Of a stretch of 64,000 nucleotides of DNA, positions 13,431 to 25,685 are shown piece after piece. The stretch lies in NCBI RefSeq assembly GCF_009914755.1, contig NC_060929.1. One strand, given 5' to 3'. The stretch is from the human T2T-CHM13v2.0 reference genome, Homo sapiens. How positions within the stretch are numbered: the stretch's first letter is position 1; each line of letters begins with the position of its first letter. The notes beneath the pieces were generated by a model. That model searched no databases and was not told where the DNA came from. It saw only the letters and a list, made by a program, of their open reading frames with translations. The translations under genes and the position numbers were made by a program.

Positions 13431-13517
13431 TTTATATTTTAGATGATCTGTATTGACTTTCTGATGAGCAAGTAAAATCAAATTAGAAGAATGAGCACAT
13501 TCTTTTAAGATTATTAG

Positions 13518-13625
13518 GTTCATTTAACAAACACTTATTGCCAGGCATAATTGCTAATGACCAGAGATGTCAAAAATACCCTCCCATCCTTGAAGGTGCC
13601 CATAGACTCTCTAGAAAGGAACATC
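13518..13625 (-). mobile_element. L2 3' end fragment
   Basis: ttcatttaacaaacacttattgccaggca pattern. Confidence 0.45.
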
Positions 13626-15567
13626 TCCACGGATCACAGTAGAAGAATCCAGGCAAAATGTGAGAGTAATATGCCAAGATGTGAAAATGTTCAGAAAAAC
13701 AACATATTATTTTAAATATCTGAGCCAAGTCTCAACCATCAATCTATTTGTTAGGTACAACATTTGCAACAAACCAGCAGCTCTTTACAGCAGCTCTTTC
13801 GCGATAGCTCAGTCAGGGCTTGGCTGAAATGAGGTATTTAATACATATTCTGAGAAGTGATAAGAGTAGTGCTACTTAGGATGTATCAGATTTGTTTTAT
13901 TTCTATCTTTTTTGTTCTCTGATCCAAGATGATACTCTCTGCCCTTCATCTTTGTGGATTACATTGAAAAGAAAATATGATTTTATTTGTTAAGGGAGCT
14001 CTTCATGCGCAAATGGGCTACAGTCTCACCTGCTGGCACTAGCTCTGTTTGTGATAGAAATTTCTACAACCTTTTCTTTTCTTTCTGTTTTTTTTTTTTT
14101 TTCCTAACCTTCAAGCTTGTTGCAGGATAACACAGAGCACTATCATTGACTCTCATCGTGGCAAAGCAGATGTTCCTTGGCCTTGTGCAAGCCCCACCTG
14201 CACCACTCTGGATGTCCCTGACTGCAAGACACACAGTCAAGAGGTCCTAATGTCAGTCACTTGTGCTCTCTAAAAGTGTAGTGCCTCTTTTTCTTTGTCT
14301 GCTTTAGACTGTCACGTTAAGGGGAAACAGTGTATGAATGCCAAATAAAAGAAAAGCAACTAAAATCGGTAGACATGCCTTTTTTAGCTTCAGAGAAGTC
14401 AGCATTTAATCCAGACATTTAGTGCCTTGGTTTTTATTCAAAATTTAAGACAGACTTTTACACAGATAAATGATTGCACTGACAAGACCCTCTGGGACAC
14501 TAAACCATTATTTATAATTACTGTTCAAGTGTGTTTTTGAAATTGAAGGTCTGCATGTACCTGCCAAAAAACTATTTTCAAAGAACTTTACTTTATTAAT
14601 TACACTCATGTTTGTGTATTAAAGAAATCATACAGAATACTTAAATTATAAATAAAAATGGGATTGGAAATACCAGGTAAAAAATGGTTGATTTTCCTAA
14701 ATTTGAATAAAGTAAAATGAGAAATTTAATCAGGAAAGAGATTATTGTGTAGGTCATTTTTATAACCCTTTTTATTTGTGGAAAAGAAAAGCAGTTTATC
14801 TTTTTAGTTATATAATTGCTGTTTAAATCATTTCTTTCTACGAAATTCCATGTTTATGTTAAATCAAAAGATAAAAATGTTAGTGCCCTCTGTAAGGGGG
14901 AACTGAAAAGAAAGAAAAATGAGTTAGAAATTCAAGAAATGAAAAGTTCTTCAATTTAAAATTTAGCCTTAGAATATTAATACATTTATTGGATTATCTC
15001 AAATGTTAAAAATTGAAACATTTTCCTATTGGATAAATGTTTTGATAAAGTTATAACATGGTGAGCTTGAGTGGGACGGGTCTAATTTTATTTTGACATA
15101 TAAATAACCTATTATATTATCCATCATCAGAAAAATATCTATTTGATAGAACTCAAGGCTTTGGAATAAAATTTTAGTTTGTAAACAGGTATGTAAATAA
15201 AAATAAGAAATGTATATCAGCTTCTGTATGTAAAGCTATTGAATGTAATTAAAATAAACATATTATGTAAATGAACAATAAATCAGACATGATATATTAT
15301 TGATACTATGGACAGAATCTGAATTTGATAAATTATGATCTAAAATACCAAATTTGTATAAATTATCATGCACTTCAATTACCTTATTGAATTAGAAATG
15401 TAATTTTTCCATTTAAAAATATTAGTTATTTTCTCATCTTTTTTGGAATAAGATCTTAAATTGTTTTATTCTTTAATTTAAAATATTATAGATGAATCTA
15501 AATTTTAAAATGAGCACATAAATTTAAAAATATTTTAAATCTCATAAAAATACAGTCATTGACTCTT

Positions 15568-15698
15568 TTAGAAAAACATTCTTAAAATTAATTTATTATT
15601 AATTGAAAAATAATAATTGTGTATATTTATGGGGTATGATGTATAGTTTTGATTAATGTGTACCTTGTAGAAAGATCCAATCAAGCTAATTAACTTAA
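15568..15698 (-). mobile_element. Short L1MA 3' end
   Basis: ataattgtgtatatttatggggtatgatgt...aatcaagctaattaac; TSD tcattgactctt at 15556-15567 and 15699-15710. Confidence 0.8.
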
Positions 15699-16076
15699 TC
15701 ATTGACTCTTAACAGTATAATAGAAGTGATCACAGAAATTGGAGAAATCTACCTCTAAGTCTTATTTTAATGAAATGATTCAGATTAACATATTTTACTG
15801 ATACAAAATATAAAGATAAATTTTGTAAACCTAACTTTCAAGTGTATTTTGAAGTTTTTGTTTTTGTTGGTCATTTAATTGTGTTTATAAAATTTTAGGA
15901 GATTTTACTTTCTACCTAGGAAATGTCTCAAAATGGACAATATAATTTTACTTATGTCTCCTCTTTGGAAAATTAATAAGTTAATTTTTATTTTGCAACA
16001 CAGTGAATACATACAAGTGAAAAATTTAAAAAATGTAGTTTTCAAGTTACAAAATGACTGTAAAGTAGTACATCCA

Positions 16077-16387
16077 TTCTGTGCACAGTGGCTCACACCT
16101 GTAATCCCAGCATTTTGGGAGGCCGAGGCAGTCAGATCATGAGGTCAGGAGCTCGAGACCAGCCTGGCCAATATGATGAAACCCCATCTCTACTAAAAAT
16201 AAAAAAATTAGTTGGGCATGGTGGTGCATGCCTGTAGTCCCAGCTACTTGGGAGGCTGAGGCAGAAGAATCACTTGAATTCAGAGGCAGAGGTTGCAGTG
16301 AGTTGAGATCATGCCACTGCACTGCAGCCTGGGCAAGAGAGCAAAGCCTCTGTATCAAAAAAATAAAAATAAAAAATAAAAAAAAAA
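16077..16387 (+). mobile_element. AluS (Sg-like)
   Basis: Full dimer; TSD aaagtagtacatcca at 16062-16076 and 16385-16399. Confidence 0.92.
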
Positions 16388-17204
16388 GTAGTACATCCAG
16401 CCAGAATATGTCAAAAATAAAGCTTAAGAAACAGCTGCTAAATCAATCTATTACCACTGTGCAACAAAACAATTTTACTTTGTTCCTTATTAGTACAGAT
16501 GATTTGTTGCAACCATTTCTTTTTTTCTTAGAGTTGAAGAAAATAACCATTTAAGTATGCATTTTGATTATTTTGGTGTATAAAAATGTAGTGTGTCTGT
16601 GTGTGTAGGCACATGTGCATGAAGGCATTGATATCAAGAATTTAAAAATGTCACCTTTTTGTACAACTAAGGATATTCTGGAAGTTGCAAACGATTATAA
16701 ACTGACTTTTTTTTTTCTTCTGTTGAGGCAGAAAGTAGGAGACTTTCAACGTACTTCTCTTAAATCATCTCAGGATATTGCCCAAATATCATTGATTTCC
16801 AGTCAATCAGTAATGTAACATCTATTGTCACAGGATGGAATTTAAAGAGTAAAGTCGAAATAATTTGCTTTCAATAAAATAAAGTTAATTGTACTTGACT
16901 CTCTGGCTTCAAGAAATGTGGAAAATCTCAACAGTGGCAAGCATAGAAATTAAAATGATTAATGAATAATCAAGAGTCCTATGAGCCAGTGGGTGGTGTG
17001 AGAGTCACTCACAATAAAATGGCATAAAGTCCATTCCTATGAAGAAATGACTAAAGTGTACCACAGTCCCAGAGACAAAGAGAAAATTATTAGCTTTTTG
17101 TTAGAAAAGAGAACAGGAAACACTGGAAATGACAGGCTGCATAGCTATATCAGCTGTACCAGATTCTTCTGATAACCATGCTACCCAAGCTTGCTGAGAC
17201 AAGG

Positions 17205-17631
17205 TGCTATGGTTTGCATATGGTTTATCTGGTCTGCCAAGTCTCATGTTAAATTTAATCCCCACTATTGGAGGTGGGGTCTGGTGGGAGGTGTTTGTAT
17301 CTTGGCAGTGGATCCTTCATGATTGGCTTGATGCCATCCTAGTGGTAATGAGTAAGTTCTCGCTTTATTAGTTCCCTTCACAGCTGATTGTTTAAAAGAG
17401 CCTGGCACCTCCCTCCTCTCTTGTTCTATTCTTTTGCCATGTGATCTCTGCACACGCTCCTTCCTCTTTGCCATCTGTTATGAGTGGAGTATCCTGAAGC
17501 CCTCACCAGAAACAGATGCTGGTGTCATGATTCTTGTATGGCCTGCAGAACCGTGAGCCAATAAACCTCTTTTCTTTATAAATTACTGATCCTTAGGTAT
17601 TCCTTTATAGCGACACAAATGGACTAAGACA
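17205..17631 (+). mobile_element. MSTB-type MaLR solo LTR
   Basis: TG...CA ends: tgctatggtttg ... gcctgcagaaccgtgagccaataaacctctttt ... aatggactaagaca. Confidence 0.88.
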
Positions 17632-17969
17632 CAGGATTAAGGCATGAAACTGTTCCAAGTTTTCATTAGGTAAATTAATCAGTCATACCAAGGAAATACA
17701 GTCATTCAAGGAAATGTTGAAAAAAGCTTGAAACATAACTCTCAATGAGAATGAAAAGATATTATGAATGAACTATGAAAAGAATTTGGTGGTGGTTTAA
17801 AGGTGGGAATAAGAGAGTATATGGAGAAATTTGTGTTTTCGAGTGTCTTGATTAGGCGAACTAAGTTCTCAATAAACAATATAGAAAATGCTTATGAGAT
17901 CAAGTTGATACAAAGATTAAATGTGATTGGTCTGCAAGACAGACATCTTTGTATTTCATTGGTTTGAAC

Positions 17970-18146
17970 CAAGAAATTTTGCCTTCCTGGAGCTACATTT
18001 TGCAATTCTTTATTGCCATGGCAAGGGAAGGGAGTGTCACTGGCATGTAGTAGGTAGAGGCCAAGGATGCTGCTAAACATAGGACAATGCACAGGACAGT
18101 GCCTCACAACAACAATTCAACGCAAAATGTCAATAGTGCCGAGACT
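17970..18146 (+). mobile_element. MER20 (hAT-Charlie)
   Basis: actggcatgtagtaggtagaggccaaggatgctgctaaacat...aaaatgtcaatagtgccgag. Confidence 0.85.
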
Positions 18147-18254
18147 ATATTGGGTAGGTCAGATTAAAAATTAGGTTGTGGGCATCTCCATTAAACTAAT
18201 TGATCTGAGTATTGTGGTTTACAGACATGTGAGATGGGAGAATTACTCATGCCA

Positions 18255-18550
18255 CAAATAATTGTGAGCACTTTCTCTATGCCAGACATTGTTCTAGGTG
18301 CTAGGGATATGAAGTTGAACAAGACGAGAAGACGTTGCCCTTGAGGAAAAGACACTTTCTACTGGAGGAGATAGACAATACCTAGGAAAACAAATACATA
18401 AACAAATATGACACTGGTAAAAGTTATGAATAAAATACAAATAGAATGATGTCATGGAGAGTGACCATTTGAGAGAGATTAATTTACAATGAGGGATTAA
18501 GTAAGACACTTGATCTAATGATAATGATCCCTTAGCTGAGACCTAATGCC
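18255..18550 (-). mobile_element. L2 3' fragment
   Basis: gagcactttctctatgccagacattgttctaggtgctagggata. Confidence 0.75.
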
Positions 18551-20974
18551 AAAAAGTCTTGGCAAGGGTCATGCTCCCTTAAAATGGCAAGTTCATTTTG
18601 TCTATCCAATTTGGAATGTACTACATATGTTTCAGTGCTACAGATATAAATTTGTATGCACTTACAAAATTAGCTGAACTGGCAAATGAAAACAAATCCA
18701 TGACTGTTTTTGCTTGTGCCTAGGGAGAGTACCTAGCAAAGACATTAAAATCCAAAGCAACCTCCTCAATTTGTGGAGTAATTCTACGTGTATTCAAATA
18801 ATATGATAAGTAATCTGCAACCCTTATTCAAATAACATAATTTCTGTTTGGTGGAATTCAGCCTAGGAAATAGCAGAGATATAGAAAGATACTTGATTGG
18901 CAGTTATTACCGAAAAAGAGTTTCCTTTGTGGAAGTCAATAATTACCAGCATTTAATTGACAGTTTGAATCTATATATAAATTAAATTAAATATTATCAA
19001 CATAATTATACTAGAAAGGCAGGTTTATAAAATCATTTCAAGTTAACGCAGTACTACAAATATATCAGTGTAATTAAAAACCTACACAGAAATATAAAGA
19101 AATGTTTAGACAGAATTCTGAATCCATTGAAGACTTTTGGCTTCTAATATATTTTTAGATGTGTGTTTTACCACATCTATCTATTGCCAGGAGTCATTGC
19201 TGACTGAACTAAATTTTTCTGAAAATCCATGGGTGAATCAAAGATTTTTTTTCTATAAACTGTTAAGTATGTCTCCTTCCTACCCATCAAACTTCTTGTC
19301 CTTAAACTTCATCATCAATGGCTATTTTCTGCTATTATTTTCAGGACTATTTTGATTTATGTGGAACATTGTAACTGATTTTCAATATGCTATTTATAAT
19401 ATTTTTCTTAAAGAACTTTGTCTGCCTATTTAGTTCAAAACTTTCTACATAAAACTACTTGCAGGAAAATTGTTTTTCTAATCAAACAATAATGCATCAG
19501 TAGATTAAATTATTCTTGAGACAAATAAATCTGTATTATAAGTGACATATAGGATATGCAACTTTACATATATTACATTATAAAGTTCTTATAGTCATCA
19601 TTCTTTATGTTATCTATACAAATGTGTTGAATGAGATCACCTAATGTGTACTATTTCATCATGGTCTCAATGGTAACACTGTTGTATACTTCTACTTGTT
19701 GTTTTACTTTTTTCTAATGCTAAAATTATAGATAAATATAAATAAGATGAATAGTAAACTCTGGATCACAAGAAATAGGCTTGTGATTACCAAAATAATT
19801 TATAAATTCTAGACAGCGATGTAAATTTTAAAGGTTAATCTGCTATTTATTGATTTAGAATGATCCATTTTTATAAGGTGTAACTGTTGAGGCCACATCA
19901 CACCAAGGGAGCTAGTAACAGTGGTCATAAGATTTCTCAGTGCTACATTTTCTAAAGTAAGCCAGAAAGCTCAGCCTATACCACCACCAGATGAAAATCT
20001 GTTAAAACTGTTAAAGATGTCAAACTAGCACAATGTTCAAGTCATTCAAGGCAGGGCAAAGAACTAAAGTAGTTTTTGACTAGTTTGTTCTCAACAAAAC
20101 CTGTTTTTGTGCATTTTCGGCATTCTTATGAATCTCTGAAAAGGTTTTAGTGTAGATTTCACATCAATTTGATAACTTTTGCAATTTATAATTTTAATTA
20201 AATGTAAAAGGACTTTATTTTTCTTAAACATGTAACATGTTAAATGTTATATTTAGTTTGTGGAAAATGTAATCCTTGCATAATAAACACATGGAACAAA
20301 TTATTTTATTATAATTGGTTCAGTGAATAAATGAGTCTTTAATCTGTTAAAATAATTATATATCTACCACAATAAAATCATGTTGGTATTTCAGAATAAT
20401 AGCACTCATACTACCTAAGCAAGTTACCTAGTGAGTTTGTAAGATTTCCTAACAGGTTTTCTATAAATAGAGGAAACTTAGAATTGTTCATCTTGAAATA
20501 TGTATGTATCACCTTATAACATTTAAATTTATTAATTATAAAACAATCAATACTTTACAAAAACATTTAAACGTTTCTTTTGAATAGTTTCACTTTCTCA
20601 CAACATTTTTATTTTTTAAAATTCTAATTCTTTTTGTAATAATTAGCTTTATTTTCACTCAGCCATTGATACTTATACATTTTGAAGGTCAGTAGAAGAG
20701 GTCTTTGGTTTTTCTTTAAGTTATATTGCACAAGGCTTAATTATATTCTTGAATTTTATCTGCTGCATCCTTAAATACATACTGAAAAATTGAGAAGACT
20801 GTTTTTTTTTTTTTATCCTATCAAAGTTGTCTTTGGCCCTGCTGAAACTATTTGCCATTTTTAAGATTGATTACCAACTGCTAGAAGAAAATCTTTAGTT
20901 ACATAGTCAACATTCAGCAGATATCTTGCATGAGATATCATAAAATGTTTTCTAAGCCAATAATAAATGATGTC

Positions 20975-21485
20975 AATAGAATATTATTGGGCAATAGAAA
21001 GGATGAAGTGCTGATACATGTTTCAACATGGACAGATATCGAAAGCATTGTGATAAGTGAGTGTTCTAAAATTAGATGGTGATGATTGCACAACTCCGTG
21101 ATTATACTCAAAAAACACTAAATTATACACCTTTAAATTATGAATGTGGCTGGGCGCAGTGGCTCACACCTGTAATCCCAGCACTTTGGGAGGCCAAGGC
21201 AGGCAGATCACTTCAGGTCAGGAGTTCGAGACCAGCCTGGCCAACATGGTGAAACCCCGTCTCTACTAAAAATACAAAAATCAGCTGGGCATGGTGGTGT
21301 GCATCTACTCAGGACACTGAGGCATGAAAATCACTTGAATCCTGGAAGTGAAGGTTGCAGTGAGTGGAGATTACACCACTGCACTCCAGCCTGGGCAACA
21401 GAGCGAGACTCCAACTCAAAAAAAAAAATCATGAATTTTATGGTAGGCAAGTGATATCTCAATAAATCTGTTATTTAAAAATAAT
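20975..21485 (+). mobile_element. L1MB-type 3' end, internally deleted, split by an Alu
   Basis: gaagtgctgatacatgtttcaacatgga ... gttctaaaattagatggtgatgattgcacaact ... tatctcaataaa. Confidence 0.75.
21148..21428 (+). mobile_element. AluS (Sz/Sx) with a small deletion in the right arm
   Basis: Alu dimer lacking most of cctgtaatcccag after gtgcat; TSD-like aaat(t/c)atgaat. Confidence 0.92.
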
Positions 21486-21781
21486 AATAAAGCAGCATTA
21501 TTCTTTTGGTCTTTATTTTATTTATCTATACTGATTAATATAATATATACTAAAGCATTTTTCTCATTTTTGTTAATGATGTGTTAGAGTTGCTTTTCCC
21601 AGTTAATGGCCTTTGAGTGCTCCATTTAATTCCCTTTTAGTGTGAAAACAGTCTTTTAAAAATTAAAGACTGATAAACATCAAAATTATACAAACTAAGT
21701 AGTTCTTTAGTTTTTATAGAGTTCTATAGTTAAATTTATGAGTACAGAATGCTTATTGCTGTTTAAAAAATTGGTTACTCA

Positions 21782-22970
21782 GATGTTTTGCCCACATTTT
21801 AATTGGATTTTTCAGTTTCCTTATTATGAGTTTTAAGACTTTTTTGTACATTTTGGATACAAGTTCTTTATTGGATATGTGTTTGCATTTTTTAAATCCA
21901 AGTCTAGGGCTCGTCTTTTCATTCTCTTAATAGTTTTTCACTGAGCACAAGTTTTAATTTTAATGAAATCCAACTTATCAAATTTTTCTTTGGGTATAAT
22001 TTTCTTGATGTGCCTGAGCAGGTATTCCATCAAAGAAGATATACAGATAGCAAATAAATATGAAAAGTTGCTTAACATTATATATCATTAGGGAACTGCA
22101 AAATGAAATCAAAGGCATCAATACATATCTTTTAGAAGGAATAAAATCCAAACCACTGACAACAAATGCTTTGGAGGCTGTGGAACCACAGAAACCCTCA
22201 TTCACTGCTAATGAGAATCTAAACTGATACAGACACTTTGGAAAGCAGTTTGACAGTTTCTTAATAATGCTAGCATGGTCTTTCCACTCCATCTGGCAAT
22301 TGTGTTTCTATGTATTTATCCAAAGGAGGTAAAAACTTATGTGCACAGAAAAACCTGCACATGAATGTGTATAGCAGCTTTATTCATAACAAAATTGGAA
22401 ATAATGAGGATGTCCTTAATGGTTGAATGGTAGGCAAACTGTTGTATGCCCATAAAATGAAAAATTATTCAGCAACCTAAAAATGAGCTATCAAGCTACA
22501 AAAAGATATGGAGGAACTTTATATGCATATTGTTAGTTGTTAGAAGCCAGTCTGAAAAGACAACATACTGTATGATTCCAACTATATGACGTCCTAGAAA
22601 AGACAAAACAATAGAGAGAGTAAAAAAGATCAGTAGTTGCCAGAGGTTGGTTCGGGGTATTGTGGAAGATAAGGCATTGAAACTCTTGTATGATACTATA
22701 ATGGTAGATATACGGCGTTGTGCATTTGGAAACATCCACACAACTGCACAACACAAAAAGTAAACTCTAATGTGAACAATGAACTTTTGTTAACAATAAT
22801 GTATCAATATTGGTTCATTAATTATAAAAAATGTACTATATCAATTCAAGACATCTGTAAGAGGCAGCTGTGTACAGGGGTGGAACGGAGTGGAAAGTAT
22901 GTCTTTGCGCTTCTTACTCAGTTTTCTGTAAACCAATAATTGCTCTGCGAAATAAAGTTCACTAATCAGA
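21782..22970 (+). mobile_element. 5'-inverted (twin-primed) L1MC; 21782-22012 inverted, 22013-22970 forward
   Basis: Strand switch in L1 homology at ~22012; TSD aaaaaattggttactca / aaaaaattgattgctca. Confidence 0.85.
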
Positions 22971-25541
22971 AAAAAATTGATTGCTCAATCTTACTGTTAT
23001 AAGTTTATAAATTTTTTATCGTAAAAGATGATTGGTATTAAAAACTCATCTAAATTATCAATAAAAACTTACACCTATGAAATATTCAATAGGAGTTTAG
23101 ATAAATTCTGACATCAAAATTATCCTATCTTTGGGAGGAGAGCCCCAAGACACTTTTTTCTCAGCTGGCAGAATTTGATATGCAGGAAAACAAGAAGGAT
23201 AAGTGAAAAGGCAGGTAGCAAAGGGAAAGGTTGTTAGTTGAAATCAAATTTTCATCTCAAGCCTTCATAAGAAATATGATTTAAATATCTAATAAAGCTC
23301 TGGATAGAGGTTCGACACCGTGGAAAAAAATTAATCTAGATGTGGTAACTGTTGTCCTATTTCAAGGTATTTGACTTTGTTACTGCATCATCCTTAAAAT
23401 TCACCAACTTTTCTAGACTAATTTCCCTTCTCTGTTATCTGGAAAAGTTACTCAAGAGGTGGACTAAGATATTTCCCAGGTTTCAAATTATATCCTTTTA
23501 AGGAAAAAAAATTTACCTCTCCTAAGCAAATATCTAAGAGAATATGTTAAATTCTTAAAGATGAAAGTTGGAGGTTGGAAAACCTAACGTTAGCTCATCA
23601 TCTACAATAATCCTCAAAATTCTAAGATACAATTAGAAATGGATCACAAGTATCAAACTATTAAAAATAAGCCAACATACAAACTCATATGTTCATATTT
23701 GAGAGCTTTGCTGTGCTATCAATACTTTCTATCTTAGTAAAGAATAAGCAAGATTAAGCAAGGCTCTATGCATTGCTCGCAATGCTTTTACTATGACCAT
23801 GCAATTGACCATATATTATTAGTGTTTTGGAGAGAGGATTTATAAAATAAATTCCTAACTAAAAATATTTATTTCTTTGGGTTTTCTAGATATATCTCAT
23901 ACAACATAAATATAGAGAAGTTCACGGATGGCATTTTTTATTGTACTATATTTTTAAGTCCCAAAATTATCCAGTACTAATTAAATTTTATCATTACAAA
24001 ACTCTGATTTAAAGTATGGAAAGTGTTACAATAGTTTTCACTAAAAATGTCCTCCCACGCAAACTGAATGCAGTTGATTGTCTCTGCGCTTCCAATAAAG
24101 ATTTTTTTGTATGTTCACAAATTCGTAATGCAGTATATAGAATATGTTTTATTACACCTATATATTAAAGGTATTCCAGTGTATAAATTTACTATGTTTA
24201 CTAGTTTATTTATTCTTTATTGAAAATTCATTTAAGCATAAGAAAGACTTTGAAATACTTTCAGTAATTGTATTCAACAAATATTTAATGAGTTAATACC
24301 ATGTGGAAAATACAGAGAGAATTTTCAAAAATTTAGGGTCTAATAATTTTTGATTTGCATTTTGGGATGAAATTAAGTCTTGAATACTTCATGTATTATT
24401 ATGAATATTTCATAGGAGAAAGGGATATCAAGAGAGTGAGAGAAATATTCTTTGCACACATGGAAGTTTTAAAATTGTTTTTCTTACAAGAACGTAAAAT
24501 GTATATTCATCTTCATAAGTAGAGTGTAATAATGCATGATTCCTTAGAAAAAAAAGTTTAACTATTGTTTAAAGTAAACCATATTTTAAATATGTAGGTG
24601 TTAACAACAATTCTTAAAAGTTAATCAAATTTAAGGAAGCTAAAAATAATATATCATTTCTTCAATTATATAATTAAGAATTAATGTAAAATTTTTTTTA
24701 AGAATTAAGACAAAACCAATCCATTTTAAAATATTCCTTTTGAAGGAATAAAAAAAGCATTTGTCTTCTCTGAGAACATGTGAAAAGAAATAAAAAGAGA
24801 AAGGAAAGTAAATTATTAGTTGAATTTTTTTTCCATCAGGCAAATTGCCAAGAAATTCAACAAAATATCAGCAGGGGTTTGTTGGTAGAAATCATGCTAG
24901 GAAAGGATATTCAAAAATTGTTCTAAAAATAGCATTTTGCCATTATTTTTTAGTGAGCTAATTGTTGGAATGATTCTGATCCATTATCAGAATATGAATT
25001 GAAAAACTGTAAGTGTTAATTATAAAATCCTATGTTTTAACCACTTTCAACTTACTTATGCCTGAGAAATCTTTGTAGTACTATTTTTTCCTAGCTAAAG
25101 TATCATATCTATTGCCTTTTGGATGAAGTAAGGAAAGGTAAAAAAAATCATTATCTTTTTGGAGTGTCCAAATACTCAAAAATCAAAAAGTTATTTTGTA
25201 GATAGGTAACACAATCTCTGAATTTCAACCACTTTTTAGAAGAGAAGCTTATGATAGGATTTGAAGCCACTGAAAACTAATCCACAAGATATATGGATCC
25301 GTCTGTAACTAAAACTTTAGCAGGGGAACTCCCTCGATACTTTTCAGAAATGTGATAAATTTTTGAGGTTCTCAGGAAGTAGAATAAACAAATAAATATG
25401 CATTGGTCACTTGGCTGAGTCTTAAAGTATAGCATGCTGTAACTAATAAAATCAGTCACAAGCTCTTAGAAATTTAATGCATGCCATCTCTTTCTCTTTT
25501 TATTTTGTCTGTTTCAGTATTACTTTGAGGTAATCAGCTAC

Positions 25542-25685
25542 TAATTCAACAAAAAACAAGCAAGCATAATAAATATTTACTGACCATTTACCATACAGCA
25601 AGTCCTAAGGGATACAGTAAGTGCTATAAATTCAAACACAATGTAGGAGAAAACCCTTTTTCTTAAAACATTCAAAGTCCAATTG
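25542..25685 (-). mobile_element. L2 3' fragment
   Basis: aataaatatttactgaccatttaccatacagcaagtcctaagggatacag. Confidence 0.45.

Noticed and set aside
14021-14130. Minus-strand donor cag|gtgaga and plus-strand pyrimidine tract/AG
   Set aside because: No convincing partner splice site on either strand.
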